Shown here: in pieces, positions 63,584 to 64,000 of the stretch | Position numbering within the stretch: the first letter of the stretch is position 1 | How the letters are laid out: the number at the start of each line of letters is the position of its first letter | Assembly (NCBI RefSeq): GCF_965217055.1 | Contig: NZ_OZ244227.1 | Location: 1,283,652 to 1,347,651, forward strand | Direction of reading: 5' to 3' | Source: Hyphobacterium sp. | Lineage (GTDB): Bacteria; Pseudomonadota; Alphaproteobacteria; Caulobacterales; Maricaulaceae | DNA: 64,000 bases | Position numbers and translations under genes: made by a program | The notes under the pieces: generated by a model | What the model was told of the DNA's origin: nothing | Seen by the model: the letters and a program-made list of their open reading frames with translations, nothing else | Database searches by the model: none

Positions 63584-64000
63584 ATGACTGACGCCGTCCT
63601 CATTGCGCCGTCGATTCTGTCGGCTGACTTCGCCAAGCTGGGCGACGAGGTCCGTGCTTTAGACGCCGCCGGCGCCGACTGGATCCACATCGACGTCATG
63701 GACGGGCATTATGTCCCCAATCTGACGATCGGACCACAGGTTGTGAAGGCTCTTCGGCCGCATTCGAAAAAGCCCTTCGATTGCCACCTGATGATTTCGT
63801 CAGTCGACGATTACATCGACGCCTTTGCAAAGGCAGGTGCCGATATCATCACAGCCCATCCTGAAGCGGGAGCCCATTTCCACCGCACGGTCCAAGCGAT
63901 CAAGGCTGCGGGTTGCAAGGCCGGCGCAGCGCTTAATCCGTCGACCCCCGAAAGCGTTCTCGAATATGTGTTGGACGAATTGGATCTCGTACTGGTGATG
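63584..64000 (+). CDS. rpe: Ribulose-phosphate 3-epimerase (3' end outside window)
   Basis: [36 protein letters not shown] and CHLMI motifs. The ORF is open to the window edge. Confidence 0.93.
   Translation, partial: MTDAVLIAPSILSADFAKLGDEVRALDAAGADWIHIDVMDGHYVPNLTIGPQVVKALRPHSKKPFDCHLMISSVDDYIDAFAKAGADIITAHPEAGAHFHRTVQAIKAAGCKAGAALNPSTPESVLEYVLDELDLVLVM

Overview
Visibly GC-rich bacterial chromosomal segment. Gene content looks alphaproteobacterial, possibly a marine Caulobacterales/Hyphomonadaceae-like organism (inference only): complete ccoNOQP-GHIS/fix cluster, UrcA, Usg, DUF1674, CC0125-type lipoprotein, two TonB-dependent receptors and many acidic exported proteins. I call about 69 protein genes (two cut by the window edges), one tRNA-Gly(GCC), several intrinsic terminators and some candidate promoters/operators. 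I recognised no rRNA, CRISPR array, transposase, integrase or phage genes. Most of the window is housekeeping: bioB, argG, pyrF, rpe, rsmB, dcp, cbb3 oxidase plus its maturation genes, and peptidases. Many long track ORFs are antisense or out-of-frame shadows typical of high-GC DNA, and about 15 track ORFs needed their starts trimmed. The best candidates for something new are these. (1) 22.3-26.4 kb: an ECF sigma / membrane anti-sigma module with a divergent S8 subtilase, a mucin-like anchored protein and a 4-Cys secreted protein. Every transcription unit carries the same GGAA-N-CGTT(GT) promoter motif, two copies are interdigitated in a 33-bp palindrome, and a fifth copy sits 4 kb away in front of a related repeat protein. 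(2) 7.5-12.9 kb, next to tRNA-Gly: four exported proteins of no family I recognise, including a 12 x 17-residue repeat protein and a vWA domain that appears split across two translationally coupled genes. (3) Smaller oddities: a secreted Gly/Tyr/His low-complexity protein with a His/Cys cluster, an intergenic (GTA/GTC)14 triplet tract, and a 16-mer repeated on both sides of a TetR gene beside a TonB-receptor-led operon. All family calls come from reading the translated ORFs and recalling motifs; no database search was run.
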